IMG/VR virus record: IMGVR_UViG_3300050016_000156
Coordinates: 522 to 64,521 of that record
DNA length: 64,000 bases
Reading direction: 5' to 3' (one strand)
Source: a virus
Lineage: Duplodnaviria > Caudoviricetes
In this document: in pieces, positions 1 through 8,819 of the stretch
How the letters are laid out: each line of letters opens with the position of its first letter
Numbering within the stretch: position 1 is the first letter of the stretch
Program-made: the position numbers and the translations under genes
Notes under the pieces: generated by a model
Databases searched by the model: none
Told to the model about the DNA's origin: nothing
The model's input: the letters and a program-made list of their open reading frames with translations, nothing else

Positions 1-694
1 CACGACCGGCCAAAGTCATGAGAGAAATGCTGTTCAGTGTGATGGATGTGTTGGCAAGAATGTTTCCAGACCAAACGTGGTTGTGCGCATCAAAAGTAAC
101 CGAACTTCCAGAAAGCCAATAAACATTGTCGGCTTTAGCGCCATTAATCAGGGCAATCGTGGTTGCGGCGGTAGTTACGTTCAACGCCGAGGGAACCTGA
201 AAAACGAACATAGGATTTACGAGGCCAGCGCCATCCAATGTGACCGTGCCGCCCGAGAAAAGCAGCGTACTCGTAGCCGCACCAACGAAACCAGGGCCTC
301 CGTTGAATCCTGTAGGCGTAGCGGTGAAGGTGGTCGTCCCAAAAGACGCGGCGATAGGGGTTGAAGTCAGCCCGTTCAAAAAGGTGTATGCGGCCAATCC
401 GGCTATGCGTGCTGCCGCAGCATCCGCGTTGTCGATCCCGTACGGGGGAACAACTACGCCTGGAGGAAAGCCCACAATCGACATGGTCGGCGCGGAGCCG
501 ATGTTTCCGCCATTAATTACGGAGTTGCCTGTGTTGGTGATCCCGGCGTACGCCAAAAGTGAGTAGTTACCCGCCGAGCCCAGTTGCGGGTTCGACGAAC
601 CGGGGATAGTCCCAAAATCAGAGGCAAGAATTTCAAAATACGCGCCGGGTGCCACAGACCCGCGAAACGAACTTGTATACCCTTTGCTTGACAT
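1..694 (-). CDS. DUF3494 / IBP-1 ice-binding-like protein (3' end truncated by window edge; not in ORF track)
   Basis: Manual translation from ATG at 694 (SD-like AAGGAA upstream) is open to position 1: ...LGSAGNYSLLAYAGITNTGNSVINGGNIGSAPTMSIVGFPPG...VTLDGAGLVNPMFVFQVPSAL...LINGAKADNVYWLSGSS...GNILANTSITL...LAGR, matching the hallmark DUF3494 blocks. Confidence 0.85.
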   Translation of the reverse strand, partial: MSSKGYTSSFRGSVAPGAYFEILASDFGTIPGSSNPQLGSAGNYSLLAYAGITNTGNSVINGGNIGSAPTMSIVGFPPGVVVPPYGIDNADAAAARIAGLAAYTFLNGLTSTPIAASFGTTTFTATPTGFNGGPGFVGAATSTLLFSGGTVTLDGAGLVNPMFVFQVPSALNVTTAATTIALINGAKADNVYWLSGSSVTFDAHNHVWSGNILANTSITLNSISLMTLAGR

Positions 695-749
695 GATATT
701 TTCCTTTTACCATCGGGAACCGATGGGACGCCCACAAATGTTAGGCATC

Positions 750-771
750 TCTACTTATGGATTGATAAGTC
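750..771 (-). promoter_or_regulatory. 22-bp putative late promoter motif, copy 1 (GACTTATCAATCCATAAGTAGA)
   Basis: One of 8 equally spaced copies; upstream of the DUF3494 gene and just after a terminator. Confidence 0.75.
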
Positions 772-781
772 AGTTTTCTCT

Positions 782-824
782 AAAAAAGAAAACAGCCCCC
801 AGAGGAAACTTTTCTTCTGGGGGC
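782..824 (-). terminator. Rho-independent terminator
   Basis: Minus strand GCCCCCAGAAG/CCTCTGGGGGC stem followed by TTTTCTTTTTT. Confidence 0.75.
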
Positions 825-848
825 CGCCCCTATCACGGTGCCGTTACC

Positions 849-1565
849 TTAAAACTTGTCGTTTTCCGTTGCCTTGTGGCGCGGGAACTCCATCACGAAG
901 GAAAAAGTTGATCCGCCGCCGAGGGCTCCTGTCCGATAGCAAGTTCCGTTCGGGCCGTTGCCGCCGGTGATACCATATGTTCCGTCGCACCGAGGATTCG
1001 ACTGAGTTAGCACGTGCCCCCCATCGAAGCTGAATGAGAGACGAGTACAAACCGCCCCGAGACAGCCGAAGCGAGCCGTGACTCCCAGTTCTACACCCTT
1101 CAAATGCGCTGACTCTAAACCGCTGGGGGTAATCCCATTATTGAACTGACTGACGTATTTGATGGAGACCCTGGTTGGCAAACCGCCGATGTATCCTCGG
1201 TGAATAAAACCGCCCGAAGCGAAGTCGCCGTCTTTGGTGACCTTCGTAACATCATACATCGAGTCGGCGACTGAGCCCGTCAGACCCCAGTTCTGGCTCA
1301 GCCAGATAATGCCGCCCGCTGTGGTGATATTCGCGCGTCCGCCGCCGAGCGCAACGTGAGTTTCAATCGGCGAAAATGTGTCTTTCAAATCCAGTTCAAA
1401 ATGTTTGGCGAAAGGAACTTCGACCGCCGCCATAACCCCAACCGATTTGTTGTCATAATCCAGCGCGCCTTCGGGTCCCAGTAGCCATCGGGTTTGAGCG
1501 TGCGTGGTTGGCGTGAATGCCAGGAAAGACAGAAGCACAAACAGGAACGAAAGAAATCTGCTCAT
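849..1565 (-). CDS. Secreted, probable outer-membrane beta-barrel protein
   Basis: Likely start MSRFLSFLFVLL at 1565 with GGAGG SD; signal peptide ending THA-Q; alternating amphipathic beta strands; Cys pairs. Confidence 0.55.
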   Translation of the reverse strand: MSRFLSFLFVLLSFLAFTPTTHAQTRWLLGPEGALDYDNKSVGVMAAVEVPFAKHFELDLKDTFSPIETHVALGGGRANITTAGGIIWLSQNWGLTGSVADSMYDVTKVTKDGDFASGGFIHRGYIGGLPTRVSIKYVSQFNNGITPSGLESAHLKGVELGVTARFGCLGAVCTRLSFSFDGGHVLTQSNPRCDGTYGITGGNGPNGTCYRTGALGGGSTFSFVMEFPRHKATENDKF

Positions 1566-1620
1566 AAAAAATCCTCCGAGTGTCAGTGTAGCCACTCGGA
1601 GGGAAGATGTCAAGTTATTT

Positions 1621-2103
1621 TTACTGTTGTTCTTTTTGCCGAATGGCGAGCCCGACCAGCCGATACTGCGGATGGGCTTCAACGATATGCGGGTTCCCGT
1701 CCAAATGTTCATCGGATGGTGCATTAAAGGACCACTCGCGAGGCGCAAACCATTCTTGGCAAATCATGCAAATGCCGCGTTCACGGTTGTCGGGGAAATT
1801 TCGGACGGCAGAAATGGCAAGTTTGCCCGTCGTGATGTAGGTGTGGTCGCACTGCTCGCGGCGCAGACGCTTGTCTTTCTCGCCTTGAATCTCGTCCGCC
1901 TTGAACTTCAGCTTGTCGCGCAACTTCCGCTGCTCAACAATCGGGTCCACGTACGGCTTGTTCAGGTCGCGCAGCATGGGCGTAAACTGCGACAACATCT
2001 CTTGCATGGCCGTCCGAATACCATCCGTGATGGCTGCGTTAACGTGCGCCGCAATTTCGGGTGTTATTGCCGTACTTCTGTTATTTTCATTTTCATGTCC
2101 CAA
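1621..2103 (-). CDS. Hypothetical protein, Cys/His motif, behind late motif
   Basis: 160-aa ORF; CDH...CMIC; AGGAG SD. Confidence 0.6.
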   Translation of the reverse strand: MGHENENNRSTAITPEIAAHVNAAITDGIRTAMQEMLSQFTPMLRDLNKPYVDPIVEQRKLRDKLKFKADEIQGEKDKRLRREQCDHTYITTGKLAISAVRNFPDNRERGICMICQEWFAPREWSFNAPSDEHLDGNPHIVEAHPQYRLVGLAIRQKEQQ

Positions 2104-2137
2104 GGTAGTGCTCCTAAGAAACTCACTGCTGGATGCT

Positions 2138-2159
2138 TCTACCTATGGAATGATTAGTC
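2138..2159 (-). promoter_or_regulatory. 22-bp putative late promoter motif, copy 2 (GACTAATCATTCCATAGGTAGA)
   Basis: Repeat copy; identical to copy 4. Confidence 0.75.
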
Positions 2160-2748
2160 AGTTTTCCGTAAGAAGTTGTAAGGAGTTTGCTCGTTTAGCC
2201 GCTTCGCGAGCAAAGGCGGCGCGGGACATTTTTGCGCGAGTTTCGAGGGATTTTGGCTCCGTATGCTTTCCGAGATGAGCGACCCTCATCTTCGCTTTGG
2301 CTTCAGGGGAATGAAAATGCCCGAGGTGGCCCGTATATCCACGCAATCGCGCCACCATCTTCTCTCGAATTTGCTCGCTAAACCTACGACCCCGATTTTG
2401 TGTGTGTCCTTTGTGGGAATCACTCATGCGGCGACGAGTTTCATCAGACGGCTTAGCCATCCCTTCCCCGCCCGCCGTCAGATTATATCCGCAGCTTGGG
2501 TCTTGAGTATTAAACAAAGCAATCAGAAACCGCTCATACGCATCGGTTGTTTTTCGGTCACCCGATTGCGAAACTAGCACACGCCATGTAAAAGCAGCGG
2601 CCCCATATTTCCGCAAAGCAGAATAAAAACGACTTCGCCGCCCACCCCGAGCGTTTTTCTCGTGCTGCAGCCGCCGCTGTTCTAAAAGTTTGCTGGTTTG
2701 ACCAACATAACTTTTAAAAGTATAGCTGTTTGTGGCAAGATAAATCAT
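2158..2748 (-). CDS. GIY-YIG homing endonuclease with NUMOD3 repeats
   Basis: MIYLATN...YVGQT...R...E...GYNLTAGGEG, then HSPEAKAKM-type repeats. Confidence 0.9.
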   Translation of the reverse strand: MIYLATNSYTFKSYVGQTSKLLEQRRLQHEKNARGGRRSRFYSALRKYGAAAFTWRVLVSQSGDRKTTDAYERFLIALFNTQDPSCGYNLTAGGEGMAKPSDETRRRMSDSHKGHTQNRGRRFSEQIREKMVARLRGYTGHLGHFHSPEAKAKMRVAHLGKHTEPKSLETRAKMSRAAFAREAAKRANSLQLLTEN

Positions 2749-2754
2749 CTCGAT

Positions 2755-2783
2755 ATGCTATCACACTTCAAGCAGATTGGCAA
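2755..2783 (-). promoter_or_regulatory. Sigma70 promoter giving a leaderless transcript
   Basis: TTGCCA-17-TAGCAT-6nt-ATG(2748). Confidence 0.6.
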
Positions 2784-3357
2784 TATTTCTTTGCACTTGC
2801 TGCTCCCCGCCATGGCGGAAATCGGCGAGAGTTTCCGCCCACCTTTGTTCGTTGAAGCCGTCCTGGGGTTCACCAAACTCAGCAAGCACTTGTTCCCAAG
2901 TAACCGCCCCTTTTAATAGACAGTACACAATTACTGTTCGCCATCCGCGCCGTTCTTCGGTCGGAAGATTGCGGTCATCCACTAACGCCCAACTGAATTC
3001 CGTTAAAAAACCTTTAGGCACGCCCGTTAGAAACTGCACACAGCCAAGGGCAGATGAATACAACCCCCAATCTTCGGGAAAATTATAGGACTGTTGAACG
3101 AAAATGTGCGGATTTAGTTTCTGCAGACGAAAAATCAAATCACTATGATGCATTACCTCGCCTTTACGCCGCGACCAATCCTTGAACCAATCATGGTCGG
3201 ATTGCCGATATGTCTGGAGCGTCGGCTCAATCCTAGTTTGGATATACCGCTCGCGCGCTTCCTCCCACGGCTCGAAGTCTGCAGGCTTCATCGAGGCGAG
3301 ACGCTGGCGCTGCTTCTGCTCAAAATGTGCTGGCGACCACAGGTCCTGCGGCATCAC
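2761..3357 (-). CDS. Hypothetical protein
   Basis: 198-aa ORF in a tightly packed minus-strand run. Confidence 0.65.
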   Translation of the reverse strand: MMPQDLWSPAHFEQKQRQRLASMKPADFEPWEEARERYIQTRIEPTLQTYRQSDHDWFKDWSRRKGEVMHHSDLIFRLQKLNPHIFVQQSYNFPEDWGLYSSALGCVQFLTGVPKGFLTEFSWALVDDRNLPTEERRGWRTVIVYCLLKGAVTWEQVLAEFGEPQDGFNEQRWAETLADFRHGGEQQVQRNIANLLEV

Positions 3358-4023
3358 GATTCCTTTATCTGCTCAACTAGATGCAACCAATCACTAAGGG
3401 CCTGCGATTGTTCGGCACTCGCCCCACAAGTGCAGGGAACCGCCGGGCTCAGCTTTGGACAACCCCGACCCATCCTGTGGCCAATGGCGCGGGCGAGCGC
3501 GGACCCAGTCTCAATCAGTTTTTCTTCGGTCGGAGTTAATCCCATCGGATGTGTGCCTCTGCCAGCATGGCTTTGTCTTCGTCTGAGAGCGCGGGCAGGA
3601 TAGTGCCCCGCTTAGTGGTTGTGCCGTGCGGCTCGGTATATTCATGACGCACGAGCGCCTGCGAGGGCGGCGCGCCGTAGTTTATAGATAGCACGATGTT
3701 GTCTGGGTTCCAACTCGAAAAATCGGCGGGGTGGAAAGAGATGGCGTGGTAGTTCGTAGCCTTCGCCAACTCCGCGAGGTTTTCGCCGTACATGAATCGG
3801 TCGCAGCGATTGCAGTAAAATCTGTGAACAACTCCGCTCATTTTTTGTGCTCCGAAGTCCAGCCCGCAAACACGATGTATGCTGTTTTCAGTTCGCCGTG
3901 GCCCAAGCATTCCTTGCAAGTCGTCTCGTCATAGTCATCTATTCGAGTGCCGAGTGGATACGATTTCGTCGTCACATGCCCGCTAGGGCATTTGTATTTG
4001 AATAAACTTCGTGTCGCTCCCAT
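3354..4023 (-). CDS. Cluster of three small overlapping Cys-rich hypothetical genes (3354-3545, 3536-~3841, 3838-~4023)
   Basis: Overlapping start/stop junctions; CxxC motifs; the last is zinc-ribbon-like (YKCPSGH...CKEC). Confidence 0.5.
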
Positions 4024-4151
4024 CGGGGACCCCCTACTGCTCGACAAGAAAAGGTGACGGCGTATTTATTTGATTGGCCTCGATTTCAGATAAGCCTTGT
4101 GCCCGCCGACTGGCTCAAATTTGTGCTCCTATTTGTAAATGAAAAGTCTTG

Positions 4152-4661
4152 TTATGACTTAATCCTCCGAACCCAATCATTCAAGTCCGCTGCGTCATTC
4201 GGATTTGCGGCAGCAATTGCCTGGGCATGCATAATCATTTCCTGCTGAAATATATTCAACAAACGAATCGGGTCCGTTGCGTTTGTTCTCGCCAGAGTGT
4301 TGGGGCCAAAGATGCCGTCCATTTCCAAGTCAAGAACGGACTGCAAATTCTTCACGGCGGTGCCGACACCAAACAAGACGCCTAGATCGGCGAGTTTGTT
4401 GGCGATCCCCTGCACGCTGATTTGAGAATAGAGCGGCTTCCAATAATGTTCAATGTAGTATGCGATAGCTTGCTCGGGCGTGATGTCCGCAATCACAACC
4501 CCAGGCATGTCGAGTGTCGTGATGCCGTACTTCGTCCCGACGAGGGTTCCGACACCGACCTGCCCGCCTGTCCAGTTCGCGCGGTCTTTCGGGTTGTTTT
4601 GGAACCCGCCCTCGTGCGCGAGGTCTATCGTGATTAAAAAAGCTGTTCGTGCGTCTGCCAT
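4152..4661 (-). CDS. Endolysin, glycosyl hydrolase family 108 type
   Basis: HEGGFQNNPKD...GTKYGIT...YWKP...DLGVLFGVG...LQ...DGIFGPNT...WVRRI. Confidence 0.9.
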   Translation of the reverse strand: MADARTAFLITIDLAHEGGFQNNPKDRANWTGGQVGVGTLVGTKYGITTLDMPGVVIADITPEQAIAYYIEHYWKPLYSQISVQGIANKLADLGVLFGVGTAVKNLQSVLDLEMDGIFGPNTLARTNATDPIRLLNIFQQEMIMHAQAIAAANPNDAADLNDWVRRIKS

Positions 4662-4844
4662 TGTGATACCCTCTTCCTATGACCAAGAAAATCGACCCCG
4701 ACGAACCTGGGTGGAGCCAACCTCACGTCTGCAAAATATGCGGGCAAAAGTGGGACTGCATCATCACCCTTTGCTGGGAGCCGCCGCGCACGACTTGCGC
4801 TGCTTGCCCCTGCGGCCCAATGACCTGCGGATACAAAGAAACGT

Positions 4845-5021
4845 TTACTTTGACTTCGTAACCGACTTGGCGTCTTGCTCCCGCGCTTTCTTCGTCGCCG
4901 CCACAAATTTTTCAGCTTCATCTCGGGTATTAAAATGCGCGACGTAGTTCACCATCTGCACATGCCATTGAAATTTATCGCGCTGGGGATTCTCCCAGAT
5001 GTCGAACAACTCCCGCTTCAC
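4845..5021 (-). CDS. Small hypothetical protein (58 aa, GTG start; not in ORF track)
   Basis: VKRELFDIWENPQRDKFQWHVQMVNYVAHFNTRDEAEKFV...; GTGA overlap with upstream stop. Confidence 0.5.
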   Translation of the reverse strand: MKRELFDIWENPQRDKFQWHVQMVNYVAHFNTRDEAEKFVAATKKAREQDAKSVTKSK

Positions 5022-5461
5022 GATTGCACCGTTGCCTGAGACGGCGTGTGCTGCAATATGGCGGAGGCTTCGGGTGCTGCCTCCGCTTCTGGGATTAACG
5101 TCGTCTCAGGCTCGGGTGTAGTGCTGTCTTCTTTTGTTTTATTTGTTAGTGTCGTAGATCGGTAGCCCGCGAAAGTCAAGAGGTAGCGAGCGGTGCGGTG
5201 ATCGGGCAGCATTTCCTGAACCTTAAACTCCCAGAACGGATACAGCGTCTCCAGTTGATCCGCGACCTGCATCAGGATATCATCAATACCGCTAGGACCA
5301 AACCCTTGCCGCGGACCCGCGTGCTGAATGAAATTTTTGTCGGGAAAAATGTTGTCCGGGAATATCACACGGACCTTGACCGTTCGAAATAGTTTGTTCC
5401 CTGCTTTATCTCGCAACATTGAGATTACTCCTGATTCGGGTCCACTGGCTCCATCAACCAT
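5018..5461 (-). CDS. Hypothetical protein (likely start MLRDK)
   Basis: ORF track; AGGAG before internal Met. Confidence 0.55.
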   Translation of the reverse strand: MVDGASGPESGVISMLRDKAGNKLFRTVKVRVIFPDNIFPDKNFIQHAGPRQGFGPSGIDDILMQVADQLETLYPFWEFKVQEMLPDHRTARYLLTFAGYRSTTLTNKTKEDSTTPEPETTLIPEAEAAPEASAILQHTPSQATVQS

Positions 5462-5676
5462 CGCAAATCGCTTTCAATATCGTCCGCTAACACAACCGCA
5501 TCCAAAAGAGGACCGACATCACGCCCGCAAAACACGCAGTGTTCCGTTCTCTGTTGGCCATGCTGGCAGACGAAACAATTGCAGTGGTTGCCGAAGCAAC
5601 CCCCGCATTCTGTGCAGATGCCAACCAAGTATGGGCGACCGGCATTACAGACGGCGCAATTGGGGTCCTGAGACAT
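5425..5676 (-). CDS. Cys-rich small protein (multiple CxxC)
   Basis: CAVC...CTECGGC...CNCFVC...CVFC. Confidence 0.55.
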   Translation of the reverse strand: MSQDPNCAVCNAGRPYLVGICTECGGCFGNHCNCFVCQHGQQRTEHCVFCGRDVGPLLDAVVLADDIESDLRWLMEPVDPNQE

Positions 5677-6024
5677 CTACGCCTCGCCGCCCGCATCCTG
5701 CGACACGACATCCTCCAGAGGGACAGCCACTAACTGCGACTGCAGTATCTCGATCTGCTCGACTGCCGCGACTAGCTTCGCGTAAAGTTCAATCGTCTCT
5801 GCCTGACGCCGACTATCTTCCGCCACCATGTCCGCAATCAGAGACACCCGCAGGTCATACTGCGCCAGCAAGAAAGCGGTGTCCCCGGGAGTCACGGCGA
5901 GATGCGCTTTCAGATTTCCGCGAATCCCCTTGATGATGTCTTCTGCCGAACGAGTTTCTAGGACCTTCTTGCGTTCGGAGTTCTTTACCGCTCGTGCTGC
6001 CTGCTCGCCTACGCTGTGCGCCAT
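5677..6024 (-). CDS. Hypothetical coiled-coil protein
   Basis: 115 aa; AGGAG SD. Confidence 0.6.
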   Translation of the reverse strand: MAHSVGEQAARAVKNSERKKVLETRSAEDIIKGIRGNLKAHLAVTPGDTAFLLAQYDLRVSLIADMVAEDSRRQAETIELYAKLVAAVEQIEILQSQLVAVPLEDVVSQDAGGEA

Positions 6025-6205
6025 AGCATCTCCTGAGCAGTTGAATTTTAAGAGGGGGCTGGGGAGCGTTGCTCATGCGCTCCCCGCCTAGTAGTGCCGC
6101 CGAAAAGGAGGTAACGGCGGTCTTTCGGGCACGACCAGACTCGATGCCTAACATCGAGAGGTTGTATGCAGACAACAGCATGCCTGAAACCAATTCAGAT
6201 GTCAA
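6025..6205 (-). promoter_or_regulatory. Sigma70-like promoter plus ~150-nt structured leader
   Basis: TTGACA-17-CATGCT (6205-6177); several hairpins, one with loop TTACCTCCTTTT. Confidence 0.5.
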
Positions 6206-6645
6206 GTCTTTTCTGCGCGCCCCGTACAAATTCTACAATCAAAAGGGCGGACGCCGTGGCGGCAAACCGTCTCCCCATCCTTGATATTGTCTGTAACGAA
6301 ACCCCTCGATTCGGGGGGTTTTGATGAAGAGAATCGCGTGTTGCGGTCAGCGTGCGCGCGGCGATGGCAGGTCGGGCAAATAAACACAGAATTCTCCAGC
6401 GATATCTCGCCGCCCTTGCCTCGGTGCTTCTGCTCGTGCATATGCCCACCCTTCTCCGTCACCATAGTCCCGCACAGTTCGCAGTTTCCGCATGACCGCA
6501 TAAATATCTGGTGACGAATCTCTCCGACCGCTTTGACGTATTCCATCGTCAGATACTCTATTGAACGAGCGGCCTGTCGATTCTTGAAAATTCGAATCGC
6601 CTGCCCTTGGGTATTTCGTTCCACAATCGCAAGACGTTCTCTCAT
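6202..6645 (-). CDS. HNH endonuclease
   Basis: CELCG...HMHEQKHRGKGG...N...CPTCHRRAH. Confidence 0.85.
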   Translation of the reverse strand: MRERLAIVERNTQGQAIRIFKNRQAARSIEYLTMEYVKAVGEIRHQIFMRSCGNCELCGTMVTEKGGHMHEQKHRGKGGEISLENSVFICPTCHRRAHADRNTRFSSSKPPESRGFVTDNIKDGETVCRHGVRPFDCRICTGRAEKT

Positions 6646-7268
6646 TGTCCGTCTCCGCAGTGCGCCCCGAGGAATTCCTGCGCCAGTTTCGTCATCACGT
6701 CGAGCATCTGTGCCGACTTCGAAATTGTCGGCTTCGTCAGCGGCTCGGTCTTCATTGCCGTGGCAATCGCCTGCTCGAAGAGTTCACGCTGCTCGGGCGT
6801 CACCATGAATTCCATTTCCAAATCCATCCAATCGCCATCTTCCTCGGGCATCTTCAAGGCGGTCGATATGACCTTCTTCAATTCTTTGACGGTGATGTTC
6901 GGGTCGAGCGCGGCCCTCACAACATCAGGAGGTAGCACGAGCGCGTAATCCTTCGCGGCGCGCAAACGAATCGCCTTGGTGATGCCCATTGACGCCAACT
7001 GCTCTTTCGTGAACGTATCACTTAAATCCCTGACTGTTAAAAAGAATTGATGAAGTTGACCCGCCGACTTCTTTGATACGAGAGCCACTGCTCGCAAGTA
7101 ATCACGGAACGTATCATGCTGAACGCGCCATAACTGAAGTTCGGCGACTTCGAACAGCAGCCAGCCAAGGTGAGCATAACCGCTCTCACATGCTCCCTCG
7201 GCGGCGGCTAATGACGCCGCTTCGTAGTTAACAACTCGAAGCCGCTCTTCTGCGTTGATTTCCGTCAT
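6642..7268 (-). CDS. Hypothetical helical/HTH-like protein
   Basis: LGWLL...LWRVQHDTFRDYL motif, similar to the 12680-13342 product. Confidence 0.6.
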   Translation of the reverse strand: MTEINAEERLRVVNYEAASLAAAEGACESGYAHLGWLLFEVAELQLWRVQHDTFRDYLRAVALVSKKSAGQLHQFFLTVRDLSDTFTKEQLASMGITKAIRLRAAKDYALVLPPDVVRAALDPNITVKELKKVISTALKMPEEDGDWMDLEMEFMVTPEQRELFEQAIATAMKTEPLTKPTISKSAQMLDVMTKLAQEFLGAHCGDGQ

Positions 7269-7269
7269 G

Positions 7270-7554
7270 TCAGTTCACCTTCGGGCGGTGGGTGCTCGGG
7301 GCAATCCCAGGATTCTTTTTCTTCTTGATGATTTCCTCGGCGTCGAGGTCTTCAGTGAAGACTGTTCCGACTTGGTTCCGCTTCTGCGGAATAGATTGAT
7401 TCGCAGGCTTCACGCACGACCAGCAGGCGGGTTTCCATGTCCCGCTGGAGTCTTTCTTGGCGTAGCCGCCTTCGATGCCGCCGCAAAATCCACAGACGCC
7501 GCGGTTGTCGGGAGAGGTCCATTCACATCCTGGTTCGATTACGAGTTCTCTCAT
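7270..7554 (-). CDS. Small zinc-finger protein
   Basis: CGFC...CWSC. Confidence 0.55.
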   Translation of the reverse strand: MRELVIEPGCEWTSPDNRGVCGFCGGIEGGYAKKDSSGTWKPACWSCVKPANQSIPQKRNQVGTVFTEDLDAEEIIKKKKNPGIAPSTHRPKVN

Positions 7555-8130
7555 AATTTCTCCCGCAAAATATTTTTGAGTTTGTCTGGCACAACTACCT
7601 GACAGCCGAGACTTCGCAACCAGTCCGCAAGTTCTTCTATACTATGCCCAGTATGCTGTCCCACCAGTCGAATGGTTAAATTATCCGGGTCATTACATGC
7701 CTTACCTTTTGGGCCATGGTGAACCTGCTCGCACTGTTGAAGAGGTCGACCGATAATTTTAGACATAACGTGGCGGTGTTCAAAAACTTCCTTACCTTCT
7801 ACAGTAATTACACGATATCCAGCCTTATTAATAGTCCCATCTCCGTGCGGCGCACATAAACCTCTCGAACCGCCGTTGAGTAAGTTGCTTACATGGACGC
7901 CGAGGCGTGCGCGGCCTTTTCTATCAACACAATCCCAAGTAGTTAGCGTCCCATGTGTGTTCCTCTTCTGCTTTCCCATCTTAACGACGTGCAGATTGGT
8001 AAACCACAAGCCAGTTAAATCAGGAGAATGAGGACCCCCATGACCAGCAAAATAAATACATTCGCGAGGCTCCATCATACTCGCTTTTTTAATTATATTC
8101 TTGCACTTGTCGCGGTTATGTGGCGACATG
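7551..8130 (-). CDS. HNH homing endonuclease
   Basis: GYRVI...EHRHVM...IGRPL...EQVHH...CNDPDNL; start estimated at MSPHNRD. Confidence 0.8.
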
Positions 8131-8613
8131 TTGGTTTCTCCGTCTGCGAGCGAGGATGACGGCGCTCGCTCCGTTCTCGGTGAAGAACATCCGCATCCCA
8201 CTCCGATAATCTTTCTCGTCGAGCGTCTTCACGTATTCCTGCAGCGCGCCGAGAATTTCTTCGGCCTCGCATTCGGTCAAGAGTTTGGCGACCGACCGAG
8301 CGGACGGCAGGACCCCAGTCAGTTCATACGACACCGCCGAGACCGTGGCGATACGCGGGTCGTCCATGTCGGCTTTCTTCTCCGCGAATTCGGGACCCAG
8401 GCGGGCGTCCACGACTTTCACGTATTCGGTCAGCGGATACTTCGGATGGGTGTCTTGAACCTCACGGCACCACGTCTCGAAGTCAGCCTCGACGGCGGCG
8501 CGGCCGTAGGCTTCCTCAATCAGTTCGAACTTCTCTTTCATCCGAGATAGCCCGACGTGGGTGTTGTGGAGAACCCTAGCGGCGATGCGTGGTAGCGACT
8601 TCTGAAGGCTCAT
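8116..8613 (-). CDS. Hypothetical protein
   Basis: 165 aa; GAGGAG SD; TTGACT-17-TACAGT promoter at ~8646-8673. Confidence 0.65.
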   Translation of the reverse strand: MSLQKSLPRIAARVLHNTHVGLSRMKEKFELIEEAYGRAAVEADFETWCREVQDTHPKYPLTEYVKVVDARLGPEFAEKKADMDDPRIATVSAVSYELTGVLPSARSVAKLLTECEAEEILGALQEYVKTLDEKDYRSGMRMFFTENGASAVILARRRRNQHVAT

Positions 8614-8641
8614 GATTTTCTCCTCAAACCTCTACACTCTC

Positions 8642-8819
8642 TGGACTGTACCAAAAACCCCCACTAAAGTCAAGAGAATAAACCCTTTAAGTCAGTCCAG
8701 AAGCAGTCTGGACTGAGCGTGGACTGTCTAGACCGCCAGTCCACAGTCCAGAAGCAGTCCACGATGGGTCTGGACTGCTGTATATTATTGATTTTATATA
8801 TATTTAGATACCCAGTCCA
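8642..8819. repeat. Iteron-like cluster (9 x CAGTCCA/TGGACTG) plus AT-rich tract: candidate replication origin
   Basis: 7-mers at 8642, 8693, 8709, 8720, 8737, 8744, 8755, 8771, 8813 in both orientations; AT-rich 8781-8810; directly downstream of the primase-helicase gene. Confidence 0.7.

Noticed and set aside
8642-8819. CRISPR array interpretation of the repeats here or of the 22-bp motif
   Set aside because: Units are 7 bp in mixed orientation, or dispersed over 57 kb; no regular repeat-spacer structure and no cas genes
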